Source of the DNA: Azolla caroliniana
Lineage: Eukaryota > Plantae > Polypodiophyta
Assembly: GCA_043228905.1 (NCBI GenBank)
Contig: JBHGNT010000013.1
Span: forward strand, 16,120,001-16,184,000
Direction of reading: 5' to 3'
Length of the DNA: 64,000 nucleotides
The stretch's first letter is position 1; the number at the start of each line of letters is the position of its first letter. The translations under genes and the position numbers were made by a program. The notes below the pieces were generated by a model, which was not told the origin of the DNA, searched no databases, and was given only the letters and a program-made list of their open reading frames with translations. Of the stretch, positions 25,266 through 38,900 are shown piece after piece.

Positions 25266-25309
<44 letters not shown>

Positions 25310-25706
25310 ATCACAACTATGGGGTTCATTAACTAGAAATGTTTTGTCACCTTTTCAATGGGTTTTCATTGAAGGTGATAGAGTTTTACCATCCCCAGAG
25401 TATAAGTTTGTGTTTGATTATTTGCGGTATTCGGGCATGTGGTATATTTGGAACTTGTGGAATGGTTTCTTATTTGATGGGCTTTTTGGAGTATCTCAAT
25501 AGATATGTAGGATAAGAGGAAAGTTGATTTGGCAATTTTCACAGTTATGTTTTATGGGAACTTTGTCCCCAAATGAGTTACATTTGTGTCGCTTTGTATT
25601 GCAGCACCTTAGAAGGTTGCCCTTGCCACATCGCTACCTTTGACATAGTTTTGATAGCAAGGTTTTTTTGTATTATCATGTTGTTTTAATATAAACAAAT
25701 ATTTAC

Positions 25707-25748
<42 letters not shown>
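25222..25748. repeat. Pair of direct repeats, each ending in (GA)n
   Basis: TTGTATTATCAT.TTGTTTTAATA...ATTTACGAAA(GA)n at about 25222-25305 and 25668-25748. Confidence 0.7.
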
Positions 25749-25752
<4 letters not shown>

Positions 25753-26149
25753 GTTAAGATTGAGAAAGAAAATTGAAAGGAAAGTATTATATTGCACGAT
25801 AAGATAGATTACAAAGAGTAGGCAACAAGGAGCTATAGAATGACGTTGAACCAATTTGGTCTTGGGATGATTAATAGATCCCTATTTATAAGTCCCTATA
25901 GAGTAATATAGAACACTCTAGAATATTCTAGGACATTCTAGAAGATAGAGTAATCTAGAAGGTTCTAGTATATAGAACACTCTAGAATGTAGAGTAATAT
26001 AGAATATTCTTATGATATTAGATTATATATTCTAAAAGTTATATATATAGTTTATAGATATATTATTACAATGGTTAAAGATTTGTTATGTGTATAACAA
26101 GGTTGTGGGTTCAAATCCTTTCAAGGTATCATGTGAGTGTCATCTTAAG

Positions 26150-29100
26150 AGTTGAGGGTTAGCCAATTTCGACTCATATTCCTCGATCGACTTTAATAGG
26201 TATGCTGACTCCGACTCATCTATATTGGTCAGTTGGTCCGAGTTGATCGACTTGGATTCGACTATGTCGACTGGCTATCTCTTAACAGTCAACTGTGTCG
26301 GTTCACTTGGCCTTAAGTCGGTAGCGACTTGGAAGTCGATCCCGACTTTTGTTGCTTCCAGTCCTCCATCATCTTGCCTTCCCAGAAGACTACGCCATGA
26401 TTCCTCACTACCCTCTTATCAAATAAGTCCCAGAACCTATAGCCGAACTCGTCCTCCAAGTATCCCATAAATATTCATGGTTTTGACTTGTTGTTGAGCT
26501 TCGACCTATGATCCTTAGCCACATGCATATATACTAATCATCCGAACACCCTCAGGTGTCAATAGGAGACATCCTTTCCTGTTCACACCCTCTGTGGGAC
26601 ATCATCTTTCAATGGTAATGAGGGAGACTTGTTTATCATATAAACAACCATATACATCGCCTCAGCCCAATAAGATTTCGGTAGCTTAGCATGCGACAAC
26701 ATGCTCCTCACTTTCTCTGTGATCATTTGATTCATCCTGTCTACAAGCCTGTTCAACTCAAGGGTCTTTGGTACATTGTATTCGATTTGAATACCTTGGG
26801 CCTTGCAGTATTCTTCGAATTTCCCTTTATATTCGCCACCATTATCGGTTCGAACAACCTTCAACTTCCAACCCGACTCTCTTTCAGCTCTAGCCTAGAA
26901 CTCCTTGAAGAACAATAGTACTTGGTCCATTGACTTTAGTACGAAAGCCCACAACTTTCGACTATAGTCATCAATGAATGTCACGAAGTACTGTCCACCT
27001 CGATGCGATGGAGCACCTACATAGCACACATCCGTGTGCACTAGTTCCAGTGGCACTTCTCTTCTTCTCGGTGGTCTTGAGTACAATGCAGCTCTGTTTT
27101 GTTTTCCGACTAAGTAATCGACACACTTCTCCAAGTGAACTCCTTCCACTTCTAGGAGAAGTTCCTTGTCGGCCAAGATGTGCATTCCCTTTTCACTCAT
27201 GTGGCCAAGCCTCTTATGCCATAACTCTCCACTTGAGTCGGCTACCACATTTACTTCTGACTTGCACAGTCGAGCATGCATCATATACAGCGTGCCCTCT
27301 TTCTTTGCTCGGGCCACTATGAGGTTTCCTTGGCAGAACTGTCACTTGTCATTTCGAATGCTACCATTGTAGCCTTCATCATCCAACCTTCTAGTCCATA
27401 TCAGATTCAATCTAATATTGGGGACATGTCGAACTTCCCTTAGAGATAGTCGACAACCTGTCGATGTTGTCAGGCATACACTTCCTATGTCGACTATCTT
27501 GCATTCCCCATTGTCTCCCATCTTTACATAGCCATGATCACTGGTTGTGTAAGTTGAGAAACACTCTCTCGACGGAGTTATGTGGAAAGATGCACCAGAG
27601 TCGATCACCCATGTGCACTCTTTCACTTGCAAGATTTGTGCTTGCCTGCTCATAAATGAACATGATCTCCTATGCACTTGTAGCTATGGCTGATGTGCCC
27701 TTTTCATCAGGAATCTTCCTGGGTTCGACATTATTACTAACACCTTTGTCCTTCTTTAGGTGTCGACAATCCTTCTAGAAGTGTCCAAGCTTTCCACAAT
27801 AAAAGCACGTGAGCTTACCACTGGACTTAGATTTGGCATGGGATTTATCCCTCCTTTGTGAACTTCTTTGTCGGTTTGTTGAGTCAAGTTTGACTCTGAC
27901 TGAGACAGGACACCCTTGTCCTTCCTTCTTGTCTCCTCATTCAAGATGCTTGTCTTTACCACTTGTAGAGACAAGTTCTCTTCTTGACACGAGGTGCTAA
28001 GAGTCACCACCAGGTTTTCCCAGCTGTTTGGTAGGGTACACAATAGTAGAATGACATGCATTGCATCCTCAAGGGGGAACTTGGTTGCCGCAAATTGGTT
28101 CACATACCCCATGAATGTGCTTACATGCTCCACTATGCTTTCTCTGTCCCTGTATGTGAACCTCACAATCTTCCTCATCAAAGATGTTTTGTTGATGGCA
28201 TTCTTCCTCTCATATAGACCCAACAACTTCTGCCACATATCATAGGCATTTGTGTCGTTCGCCACATGCTTAAGGACACTCATATCGACACATTGTCTTA
28301 TGGTGGCCACCACCTTTCTGTTCAAGAGTTTCCATTTAGACTCTATTACGCTCGTAGGTATTTCTGCTCTGTCGATGGGCTCATACAAGTTTTTAACTAT
28401 GAGAAGGTCTTCCATCTTTATCTTCTAGTCTGCATAGTTCTGAGATTTTAGAAATATCATACCTTGGAAACCATTCACACCTCCTTCCATCTTTAACCTT
28501 GCTCTAACACCCGTTTGACGAGATTCGATCCTTGAGATTCGTGAAGAAGACTGACTCTGTGATACACACAGTCACTAACGCGGAAACAGAAAACAACAAA
28601 TAGACAAAGGTATACAATGCACATAGTTTTACATGGAAACCCTAAACAGGGAAAAACCACAAGAACAAAGATCCACTATACAATGGAGAATATAAGGGAG
28701 ACAATATACAACACTCTCACTGCACAGAGTGTATCAGCCACGCAGGGCTCTTGGCGTCTAAGCTAACACAGCTATGGTGTCACTCTCTTTGTCACACACT
28801 CTCTCCCTCTCTCCTCTTCGTAACTCTCTCGCACTCACTACAATTTTTGCCCTAAGTGTATTTATACTTAAACACTGAATGGGTTATTTACAAAATGTAG
28901 CCTCTATTACTACCATTCTTACTATTATACTAATAGCAATTAATCAGCCAACTCTAGTGTCGATTGTCTAGTCGGCCCGACTAGTGGGCCTTTTCGTCGA
29001 CCATCTCGTCAGCCCGATTAATCGGTCGTGTCTTCGACTTGGATCACTTACTATGTTGTCAACTCTCTCTCGATTGACTCTCCTAGTCAACTCTCCATGA

Positions 29101-29296
29101 CATTGATTGTCGGCTCTCGGCCCGACCAATCAACTACTCCTTGTCTTCGATTGTTGGCTCTCAACCCGACCAGACGTCTACTCCTTGTCTTCGATTGTCG
29201 GCTCTCAGTCGGACCAGTCGCCTACTCCTTGTCTTCGACTGCCGGCTCTTAGTTCAACCAATCGGCTCCTCCCATAGGAGGGACATATTCCTAACA
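26150..29296 (-). mobile_element. Ty1/copia element E, older relative of C, 3'-truncated
   Basis: 5' LTR about 28516-29296, starting TGTTAGGAATATGTCCCTCC on minus. Decayed PBS 28501-28511. Gag (MEDLLIVKNLYEPIDR), protease and integrase fragments closely resemble C. No RT. Confidence 0.88.
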
Positions 29297-32200
29297 TGTT
29301 CGCCATGAGGCTCAAAGCAAAGACCATGTCGGCATCCAGTTCAACCGGCACCTCTACATCAGAAGAAGTATGGTTCATTGATTTCGGCACATCAAATCAC
29401 ATGACGTCCCACGAGGAGTGGTTCAATGACTTGCGTACACCTGATTGACCCGACTACGTGGAGGTGGGGGACAACACCACATACATCATTCGTCATATCG
29501 GCAATGTTCCTTTCAGCAAGGGCAACAACAACTGCATCAAGAATGACTTGCACATTCCAACAATAACGAAGAATTTGGTTTCAGTCCACCAAATCATGGA
29601 ACAATGCATGCAAGTCCATTTCAACAATGGAGGTTGCTTTATAGAAAAGAATGGCTAACTCATAGCCAGAGGAAGGAGAGACAACCAAACGTTTATTCTC
29701 AATTCGGATGAGGTAAAATCGGCCATGTATGCCAAAGGCCTCAAGGATGAGACGAATATCAAGTTGTGGCACAATAGAATCAGTCACATCAACCTCCAAC
29801 GGCTCCAAGCTATGTAGTCGAAGGGAGTCGTCATCGGACTTCCGACCTTTGAGTCGAAACAAGTCGACCGAGTGTGTGAAGCATGTCAACTCGGCAAACA
29901 ACATTGGCTCCCATTTCCAAAGGAGAGCTACGTAAGTAAAGGCCTCCTTGACATAATCCACTCATATTTATGGGGACCAGCTCAAACGCCGACAATCGGA
30001 GGATGCCAATATTATGTCACCTTCATCGATGACTACTCACACTACACATGGATCTTCCCGATGAAGAAGAAGAGTGAAGTGCTCTCCCACTTCCAAAAGC
30101 TCAAGAGCCAAGTCAAAAAAGAAACGGGCCGACATATTTGCTGCCTATGGTTGGATGGAGGAAAGGAGTACTTCTTCGATGAATTCACTTCATACATCCA
30201 ATGTGAAAGAATACGAAGAGAATTCTCATGCCGACACACATCCCAACACAATAGAGTACCTGAAAGGAAAAATCGGCATATACTTGACATAGCACATGCC
30301 CTGTTGTATGAGAAGCACATGCCATACTTCTATTGGGCTGAAATGGCATCAACAACTATCTACATGATGAATCGGTGCACCACTAATGGAGTGCATGAGC
30401 TAACTCCATATGAGACATATGTTGGAAGGAGGCCGATTCTATCTCACCTCAGAGTGTTCAGAAGCATTGCATATGTACACATCCCGAACAAAAAACAATA
30501 GAAGCTCGACCCAAAGTCAAAAAAATGCATTCTCGTGGGATACTCAGCCAAATTGAAAGAATACGAGTGCTTCCACCCTTCTACCCGAATAGTTCGAGTG
30601 AGTCAGGACATTGTCTTTGACGAATCGGCATCATGGTATGAACCCAATTCAGCTCCATCCGACCGCACTAAGGAAGAGTTTGATTTCAATTCGGATGACG
30701 ACATTTAGCCACGACCTGTACCATGGGAAATTCCAAGCTCAACCCTAATGAACGGTACACAAGAGCCTCCAAGCACCAAAAGCATATTTCCACTAGAGGC
30801 CATATCGGACAAAGGAAAAGGTAAGATGCCTGAATATGAAGTTGACCACCTCGAAGAAAGTGATTCGGATATGTCGGCTCGCTTGCTTGACAGTGAGTTT
30901 GGGGTGCCCATTATGCAGACACCTAGAGTAAAGAAGGCACTTGGAGCAACGAATGAAAAACTCTGATGCTCGTCCAAAGAGAAGAACCTGGTCACTCAGT
31001 TCGACTATAATGAGTATATGGCACATCATTATGCCTTCATGATGAAGGTGGTAGCCAAACCACAACCCGAAATCTTTACGGAAGTGGCATGTGATCCCTG
31101 ATGGATTGAAGCCATGGATGAAGAGATGCAAGCACTAATTGACAACGAGACATGGGATCTTGTAGCACCTCCACCACACAAGAAGGCGATCAATTGCCGA
31201 TGGATATACAAGATCAAGCACAATGTCGACAACTCCATCAACCGATACAAAGCACGGCTTGTTATTAAGGGTTATGCTCAAACCCATGACATAGACTACG
31301 AAGAAAACTTTGCTCCGGTGGCAAAGATGATTACGATTCAAACAATACTAGCACTCACGGCGGCAAAAGGGTGGCACCTCCACCAAATGGACGTTAAAAA
31401 TGTGTTCCTCCATAGCAAGCTAGAGTAGGAGGTTTACATGGTACAACCACCCGGCTACAAGTAAAAAACACATCTGAATGTCATATGTCGACTCAAGAAG
31501 CCCCTCTATGGCCTCAAGCAAGCATCACGGGCTTGGCATTCAAAGATAAAGCAATCTCTACACCGAATTGGCTTTTGGATGTCAAAGTCTGACAATTCGT
31601 TGTTTATCCGAAGCAACTCAAGTGGTATGATCTTCATCATTATATATGATGACGACTTAGTGTTCAGTGGTGAAAACCTAGTTGACATCAACAAGGTCAA
31701 GATGCTCCTCTATGGGAAGTTCAAGATGAAAGACATGAACAAATTCATTACTTCCTGGGAATTGAGGTCATCCGAACCGACAACAATATCTTGCTCTCCC
31801 AATGCCACTACATCTTGAATCTTCTCTGCAAGTTTGGCATGACGGACCATAAGACAATTTTGACTCCCCTTGATGGATTGCAACTTAAAGTTGCATGCGG
31901 ACTTCGTCACACCATGTGAGCCGACTCTGTATCGACAAATAATTGGGAGTTTCATCTACCTAACTATTACTTGACTCGATCTTAGCTATCCGGTCAACCT
32001 TCCTAGTCAATTCATGAAAACATCGTGCAACATGCATTTGCATTGTGCTAAGCAAGTCTTACAATACATTAGTGAGACCATGGATCGAGGAAACTTCTAC
32101 AAGACATGAGCGATTATTCAGGTAGAAGGATACACAGATGTTGATTGGGTCGGCAGTGTATCCGATTGATGGTCAACATCTGGCTTCGTCTTCTCACTCA

Positions 32201-34746
32201 GAAGTGGAGAAAGCTCTTGGAGTAGCAAGAAGCAACCCACAGTTGCATTGTCCAACACCGAAGCCGAACACAAGGGTGCAACTATTGCCACTTGAGAAGC
32301 GATTTGGCTCAAACGACTACTCAAGGACTTCAATAATTTTGTTGACGAACCAATACATATTTACTGCGACAATCAAAGTAGCATAAAACTAGCCCGAAAT
32401 CCAATGTTTCATGCCCAAACAAAAAATATAGAGGTACACTACCACTATGTTTGGGAGCGCATCATTGTCGAAGATATCGATCTTCAACATGTTGACACTG
32501 ATCAACAAACGACCGATATCTTCACCAAGTCCTTAGGAGCAAATAAGCTCCACTAGTTTCCGTTGGCACTCAGCCTTCGACCACTTAACACTCCAAGCCT
32601 TCATCGTAGGTTTGAGGGGGAGGAACCAGAACAAAAAACTATCGACTGCAAAAGCTGGGTGAAGCTGACGGACAAGAACCGACATGAACCGAGAGCCGGA
32701 CGAAAGCCGACAATATCAATAGTCAAATCGGACATCAGATGCCTCACACTTGAGCTTGAGGGGGCGTGTTGACATATCAAGCTAAACTAGGTTTAATTAG
32801 TTTGTCAATTATGTAACTTAGTAGCTACATAAATAGAATCTCGTTAGTATGTTGACCTTAGAGCCTTAAATATGACTTTGTACTTCATAAATCTCTGTTC
32901 CTTTATTGATGGTTGTCCTGGTAATATAGGCCTTGAAGATACAATTGTATGTGATGTCATCCAATACGCATTGTGCAACTGGTCGAAGAAATCAAGAGTG
33001 TCTTCATTGCAACCATGTTGGAAGCAATCTTTGATGATCCTAAATCTATCATGATATTTTTGGCCTGTATGTTATCATCAAGATTCACTTCTTCAATATG
33101 CCCGGCATTGCCACCACTCTCAATCTTCAAATCGGTAAGTAGGTCAATATTCAGATTTGACATCTTAAACTAAATGCTTTCAATAGTAGTTTCACTACCC
33201 AAAAGAGCTCCGTTCTCTTTATCATTTGACACCTCATCCACAGAAACATTATTTACCTTTCCAGAAGCGTTCTCTTTAAATTGTTTTACCATCTGTGCTT
33301 GTTGTTGCTGAACTTGATACTTTGAATTTCTCTCTTGAAGAACCCCTCATGATTGCTTCAGCCCCCACACAGTTGTCACTCATCCTTTCATCATACTATT
33401 ATGCTTCAATCCACAACACCATCTATGGCTGCTGTTGTTGAACTTGATACTCCTGATAAAAATGTACCACAAAAACGAAGTAAATCTAGAGTATTTCCTC
33501 ACCCCTCATGATTGCTTCAGCCCCCACACCGTCGTCACCCATCTTGTCATCATACTATTATGCTTCAATCCACATCAACAACACACATCACAATGAGAAA
33601 CCGAAAATCTTCTTATCATTCAGTTCACGTCAACATGTTGGTGAGCCGACCATCTTAGCATCTTGCCAATGCCCACGGAAGTCCTGTATTAATCAACAAC
33701 AAATTAGTCTAAAAGTTTCCTCACCTACTCATGGTAGTCGGCTTCGACCCCCCCACCATCTTCACTCATCCTTATCATAGATAAGAAATTCTTCATTCAG
33801 TCCACATCAACCATCCCGCCGATTACCACCTAATATATAATGAGAAACCTAAAAACTTCTTTATTCAATCCACATAACAAAGAAAAGAGAAAAACAATTT
33901 CCAAATCTGAAATTTAATGAAGACATAAGCAATTCTCCCTTTCACTCCTTAAATGCTTCATCCTTCATAAAAATCATCCATCCCTTCCATAGAGTTTACA
34001 AAACTTAAGTTCATATGTAAAGAAAATATATTACATCCCAACTTTAAGAATGAAATAAGAATGGACTAGGCGGAGGAAACAACCATCGTGGGGGCATGTA
34101 ATTCCAACTATTTTCATGTGTCCCATCCAGCCATAAAGGTATTGGGCACCATATTTGACGAATTTTCCTTCTTTTCTTGCATACGAATTTTTTGAAGAAG
34201 GACATGTTGGAGGGAAAAACTAAATATCATTATGTATGTGAAATATGGAATGCGGGATAGGTCTTAAGAATTCGTTGATGAACTTTTGGTTTGGAATGTA
34301 GTCTCAAGAGCCCACTGTTGGCTGCACGAGTGTTCGATAGTTTGTTAGTTAATTATGTTGAATTTTTGTAATACTAGATTGTTTTGTTGTATATTGCCTT
34401 TGGCCACTTTATTTAATAACAATGGAGGATATTTTTATGGGGAAATTTTTAAAAAAAAAATATGACTTTGTACTTAAGTGAGATACATTATAGATCCTCC
34501 ACCCCCAAGTTCATTAAATATAGGAGTTATATCCTTGTACCTATATTTTCCTCACACTCGTGCACCCTTGCATTGAGATGTATATATACTTTATTGTGGT
34601 TATTTTTGTAATTTGATGCATATTAATATAGAAAAAGGTCTTTGAGCTATACTCTCGTTAATCATCCCCCATATTGTCTAGTTGTTCAAAGTCTCTTCCT
34701 CTCGCACACATACACATATCACATAACCTTTCGCTGCTTAATCACA
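29297..34746 (+). mobile_element. Ty1/copia element F, relative of B, degenerate, lacking gag and 5' LTR
   Basis: Protease VWFIDFGTSNHM, integrase ORF 29872-30501, and RT/RNase H remnants to about 32560. PPT TTGAGGGGGCG precedes a 3' LTR starting at 32767, which a poly(A) insertion interrupts. The LTR end near 34746 is tentative. Confidence 0.82.
32886..34460 (+). mobile_element. Composite poly(A)-tailed non-LTR insertion in the F 3' LTR
   Basis: TSD TATGACTTTGTACTT at 32871-32885 and 34461-34475. A10 tail at 34451-34460. TTAAA target. Contains an antisense piece resembling the LINE 3' end at about 61970-62000. Confidence 0.75.
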
Positions 34747-35534
34747 TATATGATTAACTACTCACATAATTAGATACTAATTAGCCCTTAGTTAAGTACC
34801 TAATTATTAACATAGATGATATATTCGTCCACTCATGTTGTTGATGGGAAATGTCACAAATAGTGCATGTGGGTGTTAGCAATCATTATAAGGGACAATA
34901 AGTTGTTTTGGGAACCCTAATGTTGGAAGGTCGATCATGAAGCCAACATTTAAGTCCATTTTTCTTCAATTATCAAAACTTCCTTTGTTTGACGAGTAAA
35001 GGTGTTGATTTGGTATAATTACCGTGTTCTTGTTGCTACATCTATTTATAAGTATGTTTATATATTCTATGGAAAAATGAACTTAGCTAGATCATTGGTT
35101 GTGTTTGCGATACACCAATTCCTTCATTCACAAACGAGTACACATCTTTTACCATTCTAGAAAGGTCTGATTCAAACAACCACATCAAGTCATTTTGCGC
35201 ACGAGTGGACACACCTTGATGGCACATGTCGGCTAGTAGATGAGCAGCCAAACCTGAGCAAAGGTGAGGTTCGCTTCAAAGTCTTTGAATAATATCTATC
35301 CGTAACATCGGGACAAATAAGACTATCCGCCCGTGAAGTTGTCCACATTCTTCCTTCAACAGCAACCGGATGTTGCACCAAACTCTTGTGTCGATGTGGG
35401 CGATAAATCGGGAAGGCACACAATGCCAACATTCATTCGTTCGGAAAGCTAAAAATTCACTGCACGCGGAAACACATGACATGTTTTGCACGTAATCTCT
35501 TCTTCTTGTTGTCCCCATGGGGGTATTGAACCCA

Positions 35535-35563
35535 TATGTATATGTATATATAATATATGTATG

Positions 35564-35602
<39 letters not shown>
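35535..35602. repeat. (TA)n/(GA)n microsatellite upstream of PRT6
   Basis: Direct reading; lies just before the putative 5' UTR. Confidence 0.8.
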
Positions 35603-35606
<4 letters not shown>

Positions 35607-35950
35607 ACTATATCGGAGGAAGACGAAGGAATCGTGTTTCCATTCCTCCTCCTCTTCCTACCAGAACCATATGATGATGATGGGAAGGGAAGGGATACTA
35701 AATGGAGGAAAGAGGCGAGGTGTTTGCGCGCTTCTGGGATGAACAGGTCTCCTTCTGATCGATCCAATTTTCCTAGGGTTTTGGAGCTCCATCGATCCCT
35801 CCCCCACCCTTTCATTCTGATTCGATCCCCTCTGCTCAAAAGACGATGAAGAATAAGCAGCCGCCGCCGCCGCCGCAGCTCCATCGCTGATTGTCCTGAA
35901 CTGACTAATATCCCGCAGTTACTCAAAGGTTACATTTTTGTAGGCCTGTG

Positions 35951-38900
35951 ATGGATTCTGACGCAGTCCCTACTTCCTCCACACCAGAGGACATGATTGT
36001 CCAGGTTGGTTTTTCTATGTAACTTTTTTTTCTCTAGAAAAAATTTGGCAGTTTTCGTTTTCATCAGGTGAAATATTTTTTATTGTCTTTAATATGACCT
36101 AATCAGTGGTCTTTTTCGATGTTGACCTATGTTGATGCACATGCTTTAATCTTTTAATATGTGTGCATGAATGTATGCATGGATGTATGGACACACACAT
36201 GTATATATCGTCTACACTAGTTTTTCTACGCCTTCTTTTGGAGAGCATCAATAATTTTATTTTTTCTTCATCAGATGCAATTTCGTTTTTCTCCATGCGT
36301 ATGATCTAAATAGTGTTCTTATTCTATGTTGAACCACGTTTCATGTTTGCTTTGCACATAGGAGTGTTTCATAGAGAAGATAGGCACTTCCCTTATTCTT
36401 TGATGAATGGTGTTTTGATCATCTGTAATATGTTCTAACATGTGGTCTTTTGCTATGTAGATATCTGTTTAGTCCTTTGGCATGTTGATACATGTTTAGA
36501 GTTTATACATATTTGTCCAGATTAGCGCGGTATGTTGTGTCCTCTTTTAGACAGCATTTGCATTTTTCATCAGATGAATACTTTGTTTTTCTGTGATATG
36601 GTAGCAGTAGTGCTCTTTGGCTATGCCAATAGCTGTTCTCTGGACAACATCTTCATTTTTCATTAGATTGGCGATTTTCCGCTTTGTAATTTGATCAAAG
36701 TAGCAGTCTTTTGCTATGTTCACTAGTATGTAGTTGTTATTATCTGTTGAATGTTTGTCTAGGTTAGTTTTATATGCATCCGTTTCTGGATAGTGTTTAT
36801 GGTTTTCATCAGATGTAATATGATCTAAAGTAGTTATCTTTTGCTATGTCGATAATGTTTAGCCTGTTTCTACGTTTCTATTTATATCTAACTTAGTTTT
36901 CTACATTGCCATCTTGTGGTACTTTTCCAGATCAATGATTTCTTTCCTATAATATGTTTGCAATCACTCTCTTTCTTGAATGATGGTGAATTTATCTTCT
37001 CCTACAGAGGCTTCTTGCTCAGGGTGTGCCTATGAATTATCTGGATGCCAAGCAAATGGGTGTAGTACAGTTTGTAAATGAGAATAAAGGAATGCTACAG
37101 CATGTAGTAGGAGCATTATTTCCAGGTGTAGAAGAAGCAAAACTTCAAGGGTTGGGAGAAGAAAAAAGATTATGGAATGAATACAAGCAAGGCCATAGGA
37201 AAGGGATCAAATGGGCTCAATGGTTGATGTTTGCTGGAGATCCAGAGGAAAATCTGAAATGTATTTCGCAAGAGGTTGGTCAGGCTAGAGGAGTCTGTGG
37301 TGAAGTTTGGGGATCAAATGATATTGCTTACAAGTGCCGAACATGTGAGAATGATCCTACCTGTGCTATATGTGTCACATGTTTTGAAGCAGGAAATCAT
37401 GTTAACCATGATTATTCAATGATCCATACCGGCGGGGGCTGTTGTGATTGTGGTGATGTTACTGCATGGAAGGAAACTGGATTTTGTTCAAACCACAGGG
37501 GTCCAGGCCAGGCACCCCCGCTGCCTCCAAAACTTGTGTCAACATTCAAACCAGTAATGGATGCACTTCTAGTTGAATGGGCAAATAGACTTCGAGCAGC
37601 AGCAGAGATTTCCGATAAGCGTGTCAAAAACTGGAGTGATCAGTTAGCAGAAGAGAGAGTCGCCATGCAAACATCGTTAGCATTTGTTGAACTTCTGCTT
37701 AACTTCTGTAACTGCAGTGAAAGTTTATTGAACTTTATTGGAAGTCTGATGGCATCTGAGAAGATTGGTTTGCTTGATGTTTTGCTGAAAAGTGAATGTT
37801 TTCTTCAAACGAAAGTGCGTAATATGTTGCATGAACTTCTATTTAAGCTGATGGGTGATCCAAATTTTAAGTACCAATTCTCCAAGGTGTTTATTCGTCA
37901 TTATCCTCACTTTATTTTGGATAGCTTGAAAGAAGAAATAGAACCCTCAAGGAGAGGTCGATCAAGAGATAGTCTTACACTTAGCAGTTTCTCTGTACAA
38001 ATCTTTACTGTGCCAACTCTCACTCCTCAGCTTGTTGTTGATTTGCGGCTTCTGGATATGCTGCTTGAAGTTTTAAAAGATGTGCTTCTTTCATGGGCTG
38101 GTGATGATGGACGATTACTGGTATGTATTTAATATAGATTTCTAACATCAGCAAGTCTAGAGATCGCTAAATCTTAACAGGAGGTTTCATGTAGCTGGGA
38201 TAGGTTTTCTTTCGTTTTTATAATTCCCTCCTGTCACTGATTATTTTTATCTCATTTTTTTCCTTCCCGTCTATTATGATGTTTTCAAACTTCTCTTGTG
38301 CTTACTGATTATCATTACCTCATTTTCATCTTTCCTGTCCATTATGATGTTAATACACTTGTGTGCTGAATGAACACTCATTAGGTGAAGTGAAGTGCCT
38401 TTAATCAGTTTTGGTGTATGTATACATTGTTTGCAAAGAGAGAACAAGGATTTTGTTAATTGCTCCCAAGGCCAAATTTAAATACACTGTAGACAAATAA
38501 AAAGACGGAGGAAATCCATTTGATAAAATGGTGATGTGCAATGTGATTCATGGAAAATGAGCCATATTGTGTGAAATGAATGAAATGCTATATTAATGTT
38601 GTTAGAAGGCCAAAGTGGGTATGCCATCACAAATTTAGATCAATGTGAAACTTGAGAAGTCCTATTAATTAAAGGAATACAGTAAGAAAGAAATAGATGT
38701 ACAGGGTGTCTGAAATTGTCCTACAAGACAGATGATGATTCAACTGTGAATAGCTTCTAGCAATCAATGCTAAAAAATGATTTTCTAGAGCGATGCATTT
38801 GGTGGTTTTCCGATTTATTATCACTCTTGAAGTGGTTTTTAAAGCTTGAAGTACATTATTATCTGGCAGGGGATGTGAAACATGATGTCATTCCTTTGTT

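Noticed and set aside
25752-26070. TCTAGAA-rich segment resembling a solo LTR
   Set aside because: TG...CA ends can be chosen, but no TSD supports them.
35190-35926. 216-aa and 80-aa minus-strand ORFs upstream of PRT6
   Set aside because: They run through microsatellites and the PRT6 leader and show no protein-like motifs.
36050-36900. Recurring TTTTCATCAGATG in PRT6 intron 1
   Set aside because: Looks like an old, degenerate local duplication with no sign of function.
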